Assembly (NCBI GenBank): GCA_965219085.1
Contig: OZ244720.1
Location: 1,312,001 to 1,376,000, forward strand
Source of the DNA: Dehalococcoidia bacterium
Lineage (GTDB): Bacteria > Chloroflexota > Dehalococcoidia > UBA2979
Direction: 5' to 3'
Length of the DNA: 64,000 bases
The notes under the pieces were generated by a model. It was not told the DNA's origin. It worked only from the letters and a program-made list of their open reading frames with translations, and did no database searches. Every line of letters starts with the position of its first letter. Position 1 is the first letter of the stretch. Made by a program: the position numbers and the translations under genes. This document shows positions 28,802 to 38,169 of the stretch, piece by piece.

Positions 28802-29569
28802 CTACGGCATCCAGCTCCCGCCCGACACCGACAGCACCTGCCCCGTGATCTGCCGCGCCTCTTCCGAGGCGAGGAAGGCGATGGCGTTGGCGACGTCCTC
28901 GGGCTGCCCGAGGCGGCGCAGCGGCGTTGCCTCCGCCGACTCCTCGAGCGTCGTGCTGAGGTTGCGCTCCACCCACTCGGTCAGCGTCGTGCCGGGCGCG
29001 ATGGCGTTGACACGGATGCCGAGCGGCCCAAGCTCGTGCGCGAGCACCTTCGTGAACACGTGCAGGCCGCCCTTGGTCGTCGCGTACGCGACCGAGCCCG
29101 CGCCCTGCGCGCCCCCGGCCGTCGAGCCGATGTTCACGATGAGCCCGCCCGGCTGGCGGCCCGCCTCGATGCCCTCGCGCATCACCGGCGCGACCGCGGC
29201 GCTGCAGATGAAGGCGCCCGTGAGGTTCACCGCCAGCACCGCGTTCCAGTCCTCGAGCGTGTGCTCGAGGATGCCGCCGCGACGGTTCAGCCCGGCGTTG
29301 TTCACAAGCACATCGATGCGTCCCCAGCGCCCGAGCACGCGTTCGACGACGCCCGCGATGTCGTCGGCGTCGCTGACCGAGGCGAACGCGGCCATGAAGC
29401 GGTCGGGCTCGCGCGCCTCGCGCTCGGCGTGCTCGCCGATGAGCCGCTCGTGGATATCGAGCACGCACACCGAGTAGCCCGCCTCGAGGAGCCGTTCGGC
29501 GGTCGCGAAGCCGAGGCCGCGCGCCGCGCCGGTGATCACCGCGACGGGGCGGTCTGCGTCGTTGGTCAT
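28802..29569 (-). CDS. SDR family oxidoreductase
   Basis: TGAARGLG, NNAG, YATTK. Confidence 0.95.
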   Translation of the reverse strand: MTNDADRPVAVITGAARGLGFATAERLLEAGYSVCVLDIHERLIGEHAEREAREPDRFMAAFASVSDADDIAGVVERVLGRWGRIDVLVNNAGLNRRGGILEHTLEDWNAVLAVNLTGAFICSAAVAPVMREGIEAGRQPGGLIVNIGSTAGGAQGAGSVAYATTKGGLHVFTKVLAHELGPLGIRVNAIAPGTTLTEWVERNLSTTLEESAEATPLRRLGQPEDVANAIAFLASEEARQITGQVLSVSGGSWMP

Positions 29570-29597
29570 CGTGGTTCCTCTCCCGGCTGCTCGGGCG

Positions 29598-30395
29598 TCA
29601 GCGGCCCTGGAACCGCGGGTCGCGACGCTCGGCGAAGGCGCGGAAGCCCTCCTTGCCGTCCTCGCTGGCGAGGAGCGGAAGCTGGGTCGTCCACTCGTAT
29701 TCGAGGAAGTGGCTCATCGACATGTCGGTCGAGCGTTGCAGCATGCAGCGCACGCCCGTGTAGCCCATCGGCGGGCCGTTCGCGATCATGCGGCCGTACG
29801 CCAGCGCCTCGTCGACGAGCTGGCCGGCGGGCACGACGCGGTTCGCGATGCCCCACTCGACGCACTCCTCGGCGGTCAGCAAGTCGCCGCTGTAGAACAG
29901 CTCGTGCGCCTTCGAGATGCCAACGAGCCGCCGCAGCCAGTAGGCGCCGCCGTAGTCGGCGGCGAGACCGCGCTTGATGAAGATCGACCCCATGCGCGCG
30001 CTGTCGGCCATGAGCCGCACGTCGCAGCACAGCGCGACGCCAAAGCCGGCGCCCACCGCCGGCCCGTTGATCGCGCCGATGATCGGCACGTCGGACTCCG
30101 AGAACGCCAGCGTGAGCCGCGTCGAGTTCCCTCGACGGTCGACGCGCTGGTGGCGCGGCGGCTCGCCCCCGTCCCCGCCCGCACCGCCGATCTCGGCGCC
30201 CGCGCAGAAGCCGCGGCCGGCGCCGGTCAGCACCATGGCGTACACGTCGTCGCGCTCGCTCGCCTCGCCAATCGCCTTCCCGAGCAGCGCCATCATCTCG
30301 ACGCTGAGCGCGTTCATGACCTCGGGGCGGTTGATGGTGACAAGCATGACGCCGTGCTCGTCGACGTTGGTGAGGATGGGTGGTTCGTCGGACAT
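29598..30395 (-). CDS. enoyl-CoA hydratase/isomerase family protein
   Basis: INRPEVMNAL, GFCAGA, AINGPAVGAG, EG.RAF.ERR.P.F. Confidence 0.95.
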   Translation of the reverse strand: MSDEPPILTNVDEHGVMLVTINRPEVMNALSVEMMALLGKAIGEASERDDVYAMVLTGAGRGFCAGAEIGGAGGDGGEPPRHQRVDRRGNSTRLTLAFSESDVPIIGAINGPAVGAGFGVALCCDVRLMADSARMGSIFIKRGLAADYGGAYWLRRLVGISKAHELFYSGDLLTAEECVEWGIANRVVPAGQLVDEALAYGRMIANGPPMGYTGVRCMLQRSTDMSMSHFLEYEWTTQLPLLASEDGKEGFRAFAERRDPRFQGR

Positions 30396-30511
30396 GCTGG
30401 CTCCTCGGTCGCTGGGGGTGGGCGTGGTCGTTGTCGCGGGGGACCGTAGCACGGTGGCGGGAGCATGCCAGCGCCACGCGCTATGCCTCACGCGGTATTC
30501 AGGACGACCAC

Positions 30512-31015
30512 TTAGTAGTCCCAGCCACACTCGTCTGCGAACTGAACGAAGAACTCAGGGGTCCACCTAGCGTTGTAGCGCTGGAATGTAAGAAAGAGCG
30601 CCAACATGAACGCGGAGTCAGCTTCAGTGAGACCGCGTTCTTCGTTCGCCCCGAGCGCAACGAGCTCCAAGAAAGTCCTCACCAGCCAGCATTCGTTGTC
30701 ATCGGGGTACGTGGGTGCGAGAAGCAGCACATCCTCGAGATCAGCTTCGGTGAACTGCCTAGCAGGCATCGATGTCTGAATCTGGGTCTTGGACATGGGA
30801 CTCGGGGCTTGAGTTGCGACCTGGACTGCTTCGGTGGGTGAAGACCGCGCGCCTACTGGAGGCTCGCGATCCTCGCCGCCAGCCAGGCCAGAAGACGCAA
30901 TATACGCGAGGATCGAGATAGATATGACTGTCACCGCCAGAATCAGCACAACGGCAATGGAGAGCTGCTGATTCGAACTCAGCGACTTGAACCAGTAGAG
31001 CAACTCGGTACGCAC
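30512..31015 (-). CDS. hypothetical single-TM protein, lower GC than neighbours
   Basis: open frame with N-terminal TM helix; start uncertain (31015 or 31060). Confidence 0.55.
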   Translation of the reverse strand: MRTELLYWFKSLSSNQQLSIAVVLILAVTVISISILAYIASSGLAGGEDREPPVGARSSPTEAVQVATQAPSPMSKTQIQTSMPARQFTEADLEDVLLLAPTYPDDNECWLVRTFLELVALGANEERGLTEADSAFMLALFLTFQRYNARWTPEFFVQFADECGWDY

Positions 31016-31255
31016 TCTTTGCGCTCCCGGTTCGGTTAGAGTCGGACAGGCGCACACCATACTCTAGGGTACTGGAAGGCCGGCGTCGCCCTCGGCACAC
31101 CTTGCGGGGAACCTGACCGGACCTCGCGGTATAGTGGGCTGTAGACCCGATTGACGCTCCCGTACACGTCATGGTCTCGCCGCGCCTCACCGGCGCCCGG
31201 CCGTCGGACCGGCACTGCGCGGAGCGCGCCCACGAGGGCGACGAGGGGACGCCAC

Positions 31256-32596
31256 GTGACCGATTTCGTCGCCCGATACGTGGGCTCGAAGTTCTTCTAT
31301 GGCTGGATCATCATCATTGCCGGCTTCGGGATGTTCATGCTCGGCGGCGGCCTCCTCATGCACGCCTTCGGCACCTACGTGAAGCTCCTCGAAGCCGACT
31401 TCGGCTGGAGCCGCACACAGCTCTCCATCGCCTTCTCCATGCAGCGCATCGAGAGCGGCTTCCTCGGCCCCATCCAGGGCTGGATGGTCGACCGCTACGG
31501 CCCCAGGGCCGTGATGCTCATCGGCATGGTGCTGTTCGGCTTCGGCTTCATCGCCTTCAGCTTTGTCGACTCGCTGCTGTGGTTCTACGTCGTGTTCGTG
31601 ATCATGGCGACGGGCCAGAGCTTCGGCTCGATGATGAGCCTCTCGGCCTCGCTCGTGAGCTTCTTCCGCCGCCGCCGCGGCCTCGCGCTCGGCATCGTCG
31701 GCACCGGGATGGCGACCGGCGGCCTCGTGCAGCCACTCGTCGTCGCGGGCCTCGAGGCGTGGGGGTGGCGCTCGATGGCGTTCGTCTCGGGCATCATCAT
31801 CCTCGCCGTCGGTCTGCCGCTCGCGAGCCTGGTGCGGCACCGCCCCCAGGAACTCGGACTCCTGCCCGACGGCGACTCGCCCGGCGGCCCGGCGGGCGCG
31901 AACGGCGCCTCCGCCAGCGGCCCGGAGTACCTCGAAGAGGTCAGCTTCACGGCGCGCGAGGCGATGCGCACGCGATCGTTCTGGCTGCTCTCGGTCGGCC
32001 ACGGGGCGGGCCTCATGACGGTCGGCGCGATGCTCGTGCACTTCGTGCCGCACGTCACCGAGGAGCTCGACATCTCGCTCGGCACGGCGGCGCAGATGGT
32101 GACGCTGATGACCGCCATGCTCGTGATTGGCATGGTGCTGTCGGGCTGGCTGGGCGACCGCATCGACAAGCGCACGATCATCGTCGTCGCGATGTTCCTG
32201 CATCTCACTGCGATGCTGCTGCTCGCCGTGGCGTCCGAAGTGCTGCTCGTCGCGCTCGCGGCGGCGTTACAGGGCGTCGCGTGGGGCGCGCGAGGCCCCC
32301 TGACGCAGGCGCTGCGGGCCGACTACTTCGGGACGGCGTCGTTCGGGAAGATCATGGGGTTCTCGTCGTTGATCATCATGATGGGGATGACGATCGGCCC
32401 GCTCGCCGCCGGGGGGGTCTACGACCTGACCGGCTCGTACACCCCGGCCTTCGTGTTCATGGCGATCGTCGTGGGGCTCGGCTCGCTGTGCTTCGTCTTC
32501 GCCAACAAGCCGGAGCCGCCCGCCGGGGCCCCGGCTCCGCCCACCGGCCGCCGACCCGAACCCGCCGAGGCCACGGAGGTCGCAGTCCCGTCGTGA
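31256..32596 (+). CDS. MFS transporter
   Basis: FFYGW, GWMVDRYGPR, GWLGDRIDKR, about 12 TM. Confidence 0.93.
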   Translation: MTDFVARYVGSKFFYGWIIIIAGFGMFMLGGGLLMHAFGTYVKLLEADFGWSRTQLSIAFSMQRIESGFLGPIQGWMVDRYGPRAVMLIGMVLFGFGFIAFSFVDSLLWFYVVFVIMATGQSFGSMMSLSASLVSFFRRRRGLALGIVGTGMATGGLVQPLVVAGLEAWGWRSMAFVSGIIILAVGLPLASLVRHRPQELGLLPDGDSPGGPAGANGASASGPEYLEEVSFTAREAMRTRSFWLLSVGHGAGLMTVGAMLVHFVPHVTEELDISLGTAAQMVTLMTAMLVIGMVLSGWLGDRIDKRTIIVVAMFLHLTAMLLLAVASEVLLVALAAALQGVAWGARGPLTQALRADYFGTASFGKIMGFSSLIIMMGMTIGPLAAGGVYDLTGSYTPAFVFMAIVVGLGSLCFVFANKPEPPAGAPAPPTGRRPEPAEATEVAVPS

Positions 32597-33054
32597 ACTG
32601 GCAGGCGTTCGCGGCGCGGGCGCCCGACCTCGCGGCCGTCGCAAAGCGGCTGCCCGGCGACCCGCGGGTGGTGCTGGTCGGGACCGTGCGCCGCGACGGG
32701 ACGACGCGGATCAGCCCCGTCGAGCCGTTCTGGCTGGGCGACGAGCTCTACCTCGGCATGACGCCCGGCTCGATGAAGGCACTCGACCTGCTGCGCGACC
32801 CGCGCTGCCTCGTGCACAACACCGTCACCGACCATGAAGGACGCGCGGGCGAGGTGAAGCTGCGCGGTCGTGCCGTCGTGGTCGACGACGAAGCGTCGAT
32901 CGAGGCGTACTGCGTCGCGCTGGAGGCCGCGTACGGCTGGCGGCCAGAAGGACCGTTCCCCCTCTTCGCCATCGACATCGAGGACATGGCGTGGGTGCAT
33001 CGAGAGAGCGGCGAGCAGGAAGTCGATCGCTGGGTGGCCGGTCCCGCGGCGTGA
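32593..33054 (+). CDS. pyridoxamine 5'-phosphate oxidase-like split-barrel flavin/F420 protein
   Basis: GTVRRDG..RISPVE, K..DL.RDPR; GTGA overlap with MFS stop. Confidence 0.85.
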   Translation: MNWQAFAARAPDLAAVAKRLPGDPRVVLVGTVRRDGTTRISPVEPFWLGDELYLGMTPGSMKALDLLRDPRCLVHNTVTDHEGRAGEVKLRGRAVVVDDEASIEAYCVALEAAYGWRPEGPFPLFAIDIEDMAWVHRESGEQEVDRWVAGPAA

Positions 33055-33076
33055 CCACGAGTCGCGGGAGACCTCG

Positions 33077-33409
33077 CTAGGGATCGAGGCCGAGCTGGCG
33101 ACGCCGGGCGTGCTGATGGGCGTGCTGATGGGCGTGCTCGGCAGCGTCGCGGAAGGTCTCACCGCAGTCGGCGCAGACCTCGACGGAGCGGAAGCCGCCG
33201 GCCGGCGCCACACCGGCGATGGACCAGAGCCGCCACTCGTCGAGCGCGCGCTGCTGGGGATCGTCGTCCGTGTCACCGGGCCCGAGTTGCCAGCGGTCCT
33301 TGCGCTTGGTCTCGATGGTCGTGGTGCCGCGCGGGTCGGACGCGTCGCGGTGCTCACAATGCCAGTAGCAGCCCTCGGGGCAGTAGTTGGCGGCGAGCGC
33401 GTCGGTCAT
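33077..33409 (-). CDS. hypothetical Cys/His-rich protein
   Basis: CPEGC..HC and CADC....H.H; TATCAT 7 nt upstream of ATG. Confidence 0.6.
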   Translation of the reverse strand: MTDALAANYCPEGCYWHCEHRDASDPRGTTTIETKRKDRWQLGPGDTDDDPQQRALDEWRLWSIAGVAPAGGFRSVEVCADCGETFRDAAEHAHQHAHQHARRRQLGLDP

Positions 33410-33471
33410 GGCGCGGATGATACGCGGTTCGCGCCGGCAGCGTGGCTGCCTCGGACGTAGCGGCGAGGCGG

Positions 33472-34131
33472 CTACGCCCACTCGCGCGGGCGAGTGAAGG
33501 AGCCGCGGGCGTCCGTCAGCGTCTCCGGGAACTGGCACGCCGCGAGAAGCCTGCGACGCTTCACACTGTTTGTGATGCGCCGATCGAACGTAGCGACATC
33601 CGCGAGTTCCTTGCTCGGACGCCGTGACCGACGACTCCCGCTGCCGTTCAGGATTGGCAGCACCACACCGACGGTGAAGTCAAACCGCGCGCGAACCTGA
33701 CGAATGGGCTCAACAAGATCGGAATCGTTGGACACGACAAGCGCGGCGTCGCAGTCCTGATCGAATGCGTCCAGCAGCAGATGCGTGGCGAGGTTGACGT
33801 CGGTTCCCTTCTCCTCGGTCTTGAGCACGGGGACCCTGCCGCGTCCGTCGGCCCGGACCATCATCGTTCGTGACACCAGGAAGTGGCCGTAGTGAATCGA
33901 AAGATCGGGAAGGGTCCGGAGGGCCCGGATGTACGCCGCCTGTCGGTCCGGCGCCGTTGGATCCCCCGGCAACGGGCGAACCCTTGCCGTGAAGTAACGG
34001 ACACGGCGCACTTCGTCGCGGGGCCCTAGCAACTCGTGGGCTAAGCGCCGGATATCCAACCAGCGGTACGGCTGGCTGCGGAGCGCCCCGTAGTAGAGGT
34101 TGAAGCCATCGACATAGACATTGAAGCGCAT
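33472..34131 (-). CDS. NYN (LabA/DUF88, PIN-fold) domain nuclease
   Basis: YVDGFNLYY, RYFTA, EEKGTDVNLA, SNDSDL. Confidence 0.93.
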   Translation of the reverse strand: MRFNVYVDGFNLYYGALRSQPYRWLDIRRLAHELLGPRDEVRRVRYFTARVRPLPGDPTAPDRQAAYIRALRTLPDLSIHYGHFLVSRTMMVRADGRGRVPVLKTEEKGTDVNLATHLLLDAFDQDCDAALVVSNDSDLVEPIRQVRARFDFTVGVVLPILNGSGSRRSRRPSKELADVATFDRRITNSVKRRRLLAACQFPETLTDARGSFTRPREWA

Positions 34132-34151
34132 GCGGGAGCCCAATACCCGCA

Positions 34152-34206
34152 AGGCCCCCTGACGGGGGCCTCACTACCCAAACGGACGTACCGAGTGGGG
34201 GGGTAC
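34152..34206 (-). ncRNA. candidate structured leader/antitoxin RNA upstream of NYN
   Basis: gtacc-N9-ggtac stem with possible pseudoknot, then aggccccc-gtca-gggggcct hairpin. Confidence 0.4.
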
Positions 34207-34210
34207 AGCT

Positions 34211-34239
34211 ATATTCCAGTGTGCGCGCACCGTTGTCAA
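34211..34239 (-). promoter_or_regulatory. sigma70-like promoter
   Basis: TTGACA-17 bp-GAATAT. Confidence 0.55.
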
Positions 34240-34275
34240 CACACAAAACGGATTATCAGTATCCGGATGGCGCCC

Positions 34276-36210
34276 CTACACCAACGTCACCGGCGCGCCC
34301 ACGCGCTCGGCGACGGCGACCGTCCGGTCGTGCTTCGTCGTGTCGCCGGAGCGGGCCATCGAGACCAACTCGGAGATCTTGTGGCGGCACTCGCCGTTGA
34401 TGTCCTGGTGGCCGCACACGTTGCACGGGTCGCGCTTGCAGTCGAGCGTGATCTCCTCGTTCAGCGTGCGCATCCACTCGCCGCGCAGGAACGCCTTCGT
34501 CGTCGCCGAGTCGACGTGGTCCCACGGCAGTGGCTCCCACAGGTCGCGATCGCGGTGCGCGTAGTCAGCGGGGTCGAGGTCGTGCGTCGCGAAGGCCCGC
34601 TCCCAGATCGACCAGTCGTGGTGCTCCGACCACGCGTCGAACTTCGCGCCCAGCCGCCACGCCGTCTCGATCACGTCGGCGACGCGGCGGTCGCCGCGCG
34701 ACAGCACGGCCTCGAGCAGCGACTTCTCCGGGTCCTCCCAGCTGAACTGCACGCCCGCGCGCTTGCAGCCCTCGCGCAGGATGCGGTGGCGGCGACGCAG
34801 CGTGCCGGCGTCGCACTGCGCGAGCCACTGGTACGGGGTGTGTGCCTTCGGGATGAAGTTCGAGGTCGAGACGCGCACCCGCGCGCGGCCGCCCTGGTGG
34901 CGCTTGCCGATCGCCTTCACCTCGGAGGCGATGCGGACAATCTCCTCGATGTCGAAGTCGGTCTCGGTCGGCTGGCCGACCATGAAGTACATCTTGATGC
35001 TCGTCCAGCCGTTGCCGAAGGCGTGCTCGGCGGCGTTGAGCAGGTCCTCCTCGGTGACGAGCTTGTTGATCGTGTTGCGCAGCCGCTGCGAGCCCGCCTC
35101 CGGGGCGAGCGTGAGCGTGTGCTTTTTGCCGCGCGCCACCGCGTCCGCGACCTCGACCGAGAACGAGTCGACGCGCGTCGAGGGCAGCCCGATGCGCAGA
35201 CCGCGGTCGCCGTAGGCGTCCATCAGCGCGTGCACCATCGGCACGATGTCGCGGTGGTCGGTGGTCGAAAGCGACATCAGCGAGAGCTCGTGGTAGCCGG
35301 TGTTGTCGAGCAGCTCGCCCGCAGCCGCGACGATCTCCTCGACGGAGCGTTCGCGGGTCGGGCGGTAGATCATACCGGCCTGGCAGAAGCGGCAGCCCTG
35401 CGTGCAGCCGCGCTGGATCTCGATCACCGCGCGGTCGTGGACCACCTCCATGAACGGCACGATCGGCTTCGTCAGCGGCGGCGGCAGCACCTGCACCACG
35501 CGGCGCGTGATGCGGTCCGGCGCGGCCGCGTCGACCGCCCGCGTCCCCGCGAGCGCGCCGTCGGCGTCGTAGCTCGGCTCGTACAGCGAGGGTACGTAGA
35601 CGCCGTCGAGGGCGGCGAGGGCGCGATGCAGCTCCTGCCGCGAGCCGCGGCCGGCGCGCTTCCAGTCGCGCACGAAGTCGACGAGCTCGTCGATGAGCTC
35701 CTCGCCCTCGCCGAGCGCGAAGGCGTCGAAGAACGGCGCCATCGGCTCCGGCTCGAGCGCGGCCGAGCCGCCGCCGACGACGATCGGGGCGTCGTCTGCG
35801 CGGTCGGCGCTGTGGATGGGGATGCCGCCGAGTTCGAGCAGGTTGAGGACGTTGGTGAAGCACACCTCGTACGACAGCGAGATGCCGAGCACGTCGAACT
35901 CGTGGAGCGCGTGCCGCGTCTCCAGCGAGCGCAGCGGCTCGTCGTGCTCGCGCAGCAGGTCCTCGAAGTCCGTCCACGGCGAGAAGACACGCTCGGCGAG
36001 CGCGTCCTCGCGGCGGTTGACGATGTCGTAGAGGATGCCGAGCCCGAGGTTGGACATGCCGAGGTCGTAGAGGTCCGGGTAGGCAAGCGCGACTCGCACC
36101 TCGGGCGCCCCGGGCCCGTCCCAGTCCTTGGCGATCGAGTGCAGCTCGCCACCGGCGTAGCGCGCAGGTCGCTGGACGCGGTCGATGAGCTCGTCGTAGG
36201 TGGTGGGCAT
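34276..36210 (-). CDS. radical SAM protein (TIGR03960-like)
   Basis: PARY.GGE, YPDLYDLGMSNLG, RGCTQGCRFCQAG, APEAGSQRLR, LPWDHVD. Confidence 0.93.
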   Translation of the reverse strand: MPTTYDELIDRVQRPARYAGGELHSIAKDWDGPGAPEVRVALAYPDLYDLGMSNLGLGILYDIVNRREDALAERVFSPWTDFEDLLREHDEPLRSLETRHALHEFDVLGISLSYEVCFTNVLNLLELGGIPIHSADRADDAPIVVGGGSAALEPEPMAPFFDAFALGEGEELIDELVDFVRDWKRAGRGSRQELHRALAALDGVYVPSLYEPSYDADGALAGTRAVDAAAPDRITRRVVQVLPPPLTKPIVPFMEVVHDRAVIEIQRGCTQGCRFCQAGMIYRPTRERSVEEIVAAAGELLDNTGYHELSLMSLSTTDHRDIVPMVHALMDAYGDRGLRIGLPSTRVDSFSVEVADAVARGKKHTLTLAPEAGSQRLRNTINKLVTEEDLLNAAEHAFGNGWTSIKMYFMVGQPTETDFDIEEIVRIASEVKAIGKRHQGGRARVRVSTSNFIPKAHTPYQWLAQCDAGTLRRRHRILREGCKRAGVQFSWEDPEKSLLEAVLSRGDRRVADVIETAWRLGAKFDAWSEHHDWSIWERAFATHDLDPADYAHRDRDLWEPLPWDHVDSATTKAFLRGEWMRTLNEEITLDCKRDPCNVCGHQDINGECRHKISELVSMARSGDTTKHDRTVAVAERVGAPVTLV

Positions 36211-36311
36211 GGGGCGGGCCTCGCGGGTCGCGGTGCGTTCGCGGTTAGCCGATCGAGGGTAGTCGGGGGGTGGGTAGCGGTTCAAGCGTCCCCGGGGCGC
36301 GTCGGGTGCGA

Positions 36312-37094
36312 CTACCTTCGTTCGAGCAGCTCGTCCTGGATGCCGGTGATGACCCGGGGGGAGACGGTGAACTCGAACATGTCGAAGAGCTCGATGGCCA
36401 GATCCCGTGCAAGGGCACGCGCCTCAGATGCAAGTTTGACGAGACCTATATCCCGGCGCAGCTTCACGCAGTCCACAGAGGCAGTGAAGCTCGTGGAGGG
36501 CGGACGCGTCCAGTCGGCCACCAAGCGGCGGCTACGAGCATCGGCCAGATCAATCTCCAATTCGATTCCGGCACCGTAGTCCGCAGAGGCTGTGAGCCGA
36601 CGGGAGAACTCGACGATTTCGTACAGTGTCCACACGCTGGGCTCGATAAGAAGCACACGCTCGCGGGAGGCCTGTCCCCTCTGGGGATGCACGATATCGT
36701 CCCAGCCCTCTCGGCCCGAGCTAAACCATGGCGATCTTCGTTCGGCTGGCGGCGGCGAGCGGTATGCAATGTCCTCCTGAAGGGCCCGGTAGTGGATAAA
36801 CTGCCCTGTCCGCATGAGCCGCCACACCTCGCGCCGCCAGTCCTGATGGACTAATGCCTCCCAACCGTCTTCGACAGGTGCCTTCCACTCGTTGCCCCGC
36901 CCGCTGACCGGGACATACGGATAGGGGTTGCCGCGGAGTAGCACGGCGCTCTTTGCTACAGCGTCGCCGCAGTCCGAAGGCAGCTTGAAGCGCTGGGCCG
37001 CCGACTCTGGAACGATTCGCACGCGCCAGTGCCCGATGTCGCGAATCGAGGCGAGGACCCCCTCGCGGCTCGGCGGCGCGACCGTGGTCGTCAC
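36312..37094 (-). CDS. hypothetical protein coupled to AlbA_2 gene
   Basis: 260-aa ORF; GTG overlaps upstream stop; HWRV..P, LRG..YP, EVWR...GQF. Confidence 0.75.
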   Translation of the reverse strand: MTTTVAPPSREGVLASIRDIGHWRVRIVPESAAQRFKLPSDCGDAVAKSAVLLRGNPYPYVPVSGRGNEWKAPVEDGWEALVHQDWRREVWRLMRTGQFIHYRALQEDIAYRSPPPAERRSPWFSSGREGWDDIVHPQRGQASRERVLLIEPSVWTLYEIVEFSRRLTASADYGAGIELEIDLADARSRRLVADWTRPPSTSFTASVDCVKLRRDIGLVKLASEARALARDLAIELFDMFEFTVSPRVITGIQDELLERR

Positions 37095-37717
37095 AGTAGA
37101 TCCTCGATCTCCCGGTCCAGAGCTTCCCGCTCCCCGGCGGCCCGCTCCCCAGTGGCTGCGGGCAGCAATCCGAGAGCACGGAAGCGCTCGATCCGACGTT
37201 CTACAGCCTGCTCGATGATATCCCTCGTGTCCCGGTATGTGTGGATCTCCTCGGTACGAGGCGTGCCCGCTGGCCTGATGTAGACCGCACCCTCGCGTAG
37301 TGTGCGCGACCCTCCGTCAGCCTGCTTGCACACTGTCGGGGCATCGACGACCGCATCGACCTCTACGACTACGAATAGCATGTCGGCGAGTTCGCCCTTG
37401 ATCGTGCGCATCTCGAGCGGCGGATCGGCGTAGCGGGCGGTTTGCGCCGCGACGTTGTCGGGCACGAACGACTCATAGTGTCTTGCCGACATCCCAACGG
37501 GCCTGTACGTGCCGTCGAGGTTCTCCCGGACACCGATCACGACCGCGCCGCCATCGCGCGTGTTCGACATGGCCATGAATGTCCGGATGAGCCCGAGCCG
37601 CGCTTCGCGGTCTTCCCAGTCCAACGACTGCTTGTATTCGAGGCCGCGCGTCTCGAAGCCGAGACGCAGGTACTCGGCTTGGCGCACGGGCAGCGGCTCG
37701 GTAACTGGCAACGTCAT
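37091..37717 (-). CDS. Schlafen/AlbA_2 domain protein
   Basis: E...LEYKQS, AMSNTRDGGAVVIGV, YIR. Confidence 0.88.
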   Translation of the reverse strand: MTLPVTEPLPVRQAEYLRLGFETRGLEYKQSLDWEDREARLGLIRTFMAMSNTRDGGAVVIGVRENLDGTYRPVGMSARHYESFVPDNVAAQTARYADPPLEMRTIKGELADMLFVVVEVDAVVDAPTVCKQADGGSRTLREGAVYIRPAGTPRTEEIHTYRDTRDIIEQAVERRIERFRALGLLPAATGERAAGEREALDREIEDLL

Positions 37718-37781
37718 CGGATCCGATTATCGGCGCGCCAAACGATACCGTCCGCTCTATCCGCAACTTTATTGCAGCGCC

Positions 37782-38096
37782 CTACGCCAGCCTGACCGCC
37801 GTCCCGTACACCAACACCTCCGCCGCACCCTGCGTCACCGACGCCGTCGCCATCCGCAGCGACACGATCGCGTCGGCGCCCTGGCGCTCCGCGTCCGCCT
37901 CCAGCGCCGCGAGCGCCTGCTCGCGCGACTCGACCAGCAGTTGCTGGTAGGCGCCGATCTCGCCGCCGACGAGGTTCTTGAGGCCGGCGAGGATGTCGCG
38001 GCCGACGTTACGGGCGCGCACGGCGTTGGCCGTGACGAGGCCGACCGTTTCGGCGATCTCGCGGCCGGCGATCGAGTCGGACGTGGTCATCAGCAT
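37782..38096 (-). CDS. YbjQ (UPF0145) family protein
   Basis: RNVGRDILAGLKNLVGGE..Y, AEVLVYGTAV. Confidence 0.95.
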   Translation of the reverse strand: MLMTTSDSIAGREIAETVGLVTANAVRARNVGRDILAGLKNLVGGEIGAYQQLLVESREQALAALEADAERQGADAIVSLRMATASVTQGAAEVLVYGTAVRLA

Positions 38097-38169
38097 CGAG
38101 GGCTCCTCTCGCGTTCGCCCTCCATCATCGCACCCCGACCGTCACCCGCGCGGCTGCTACGCTGCTCGC

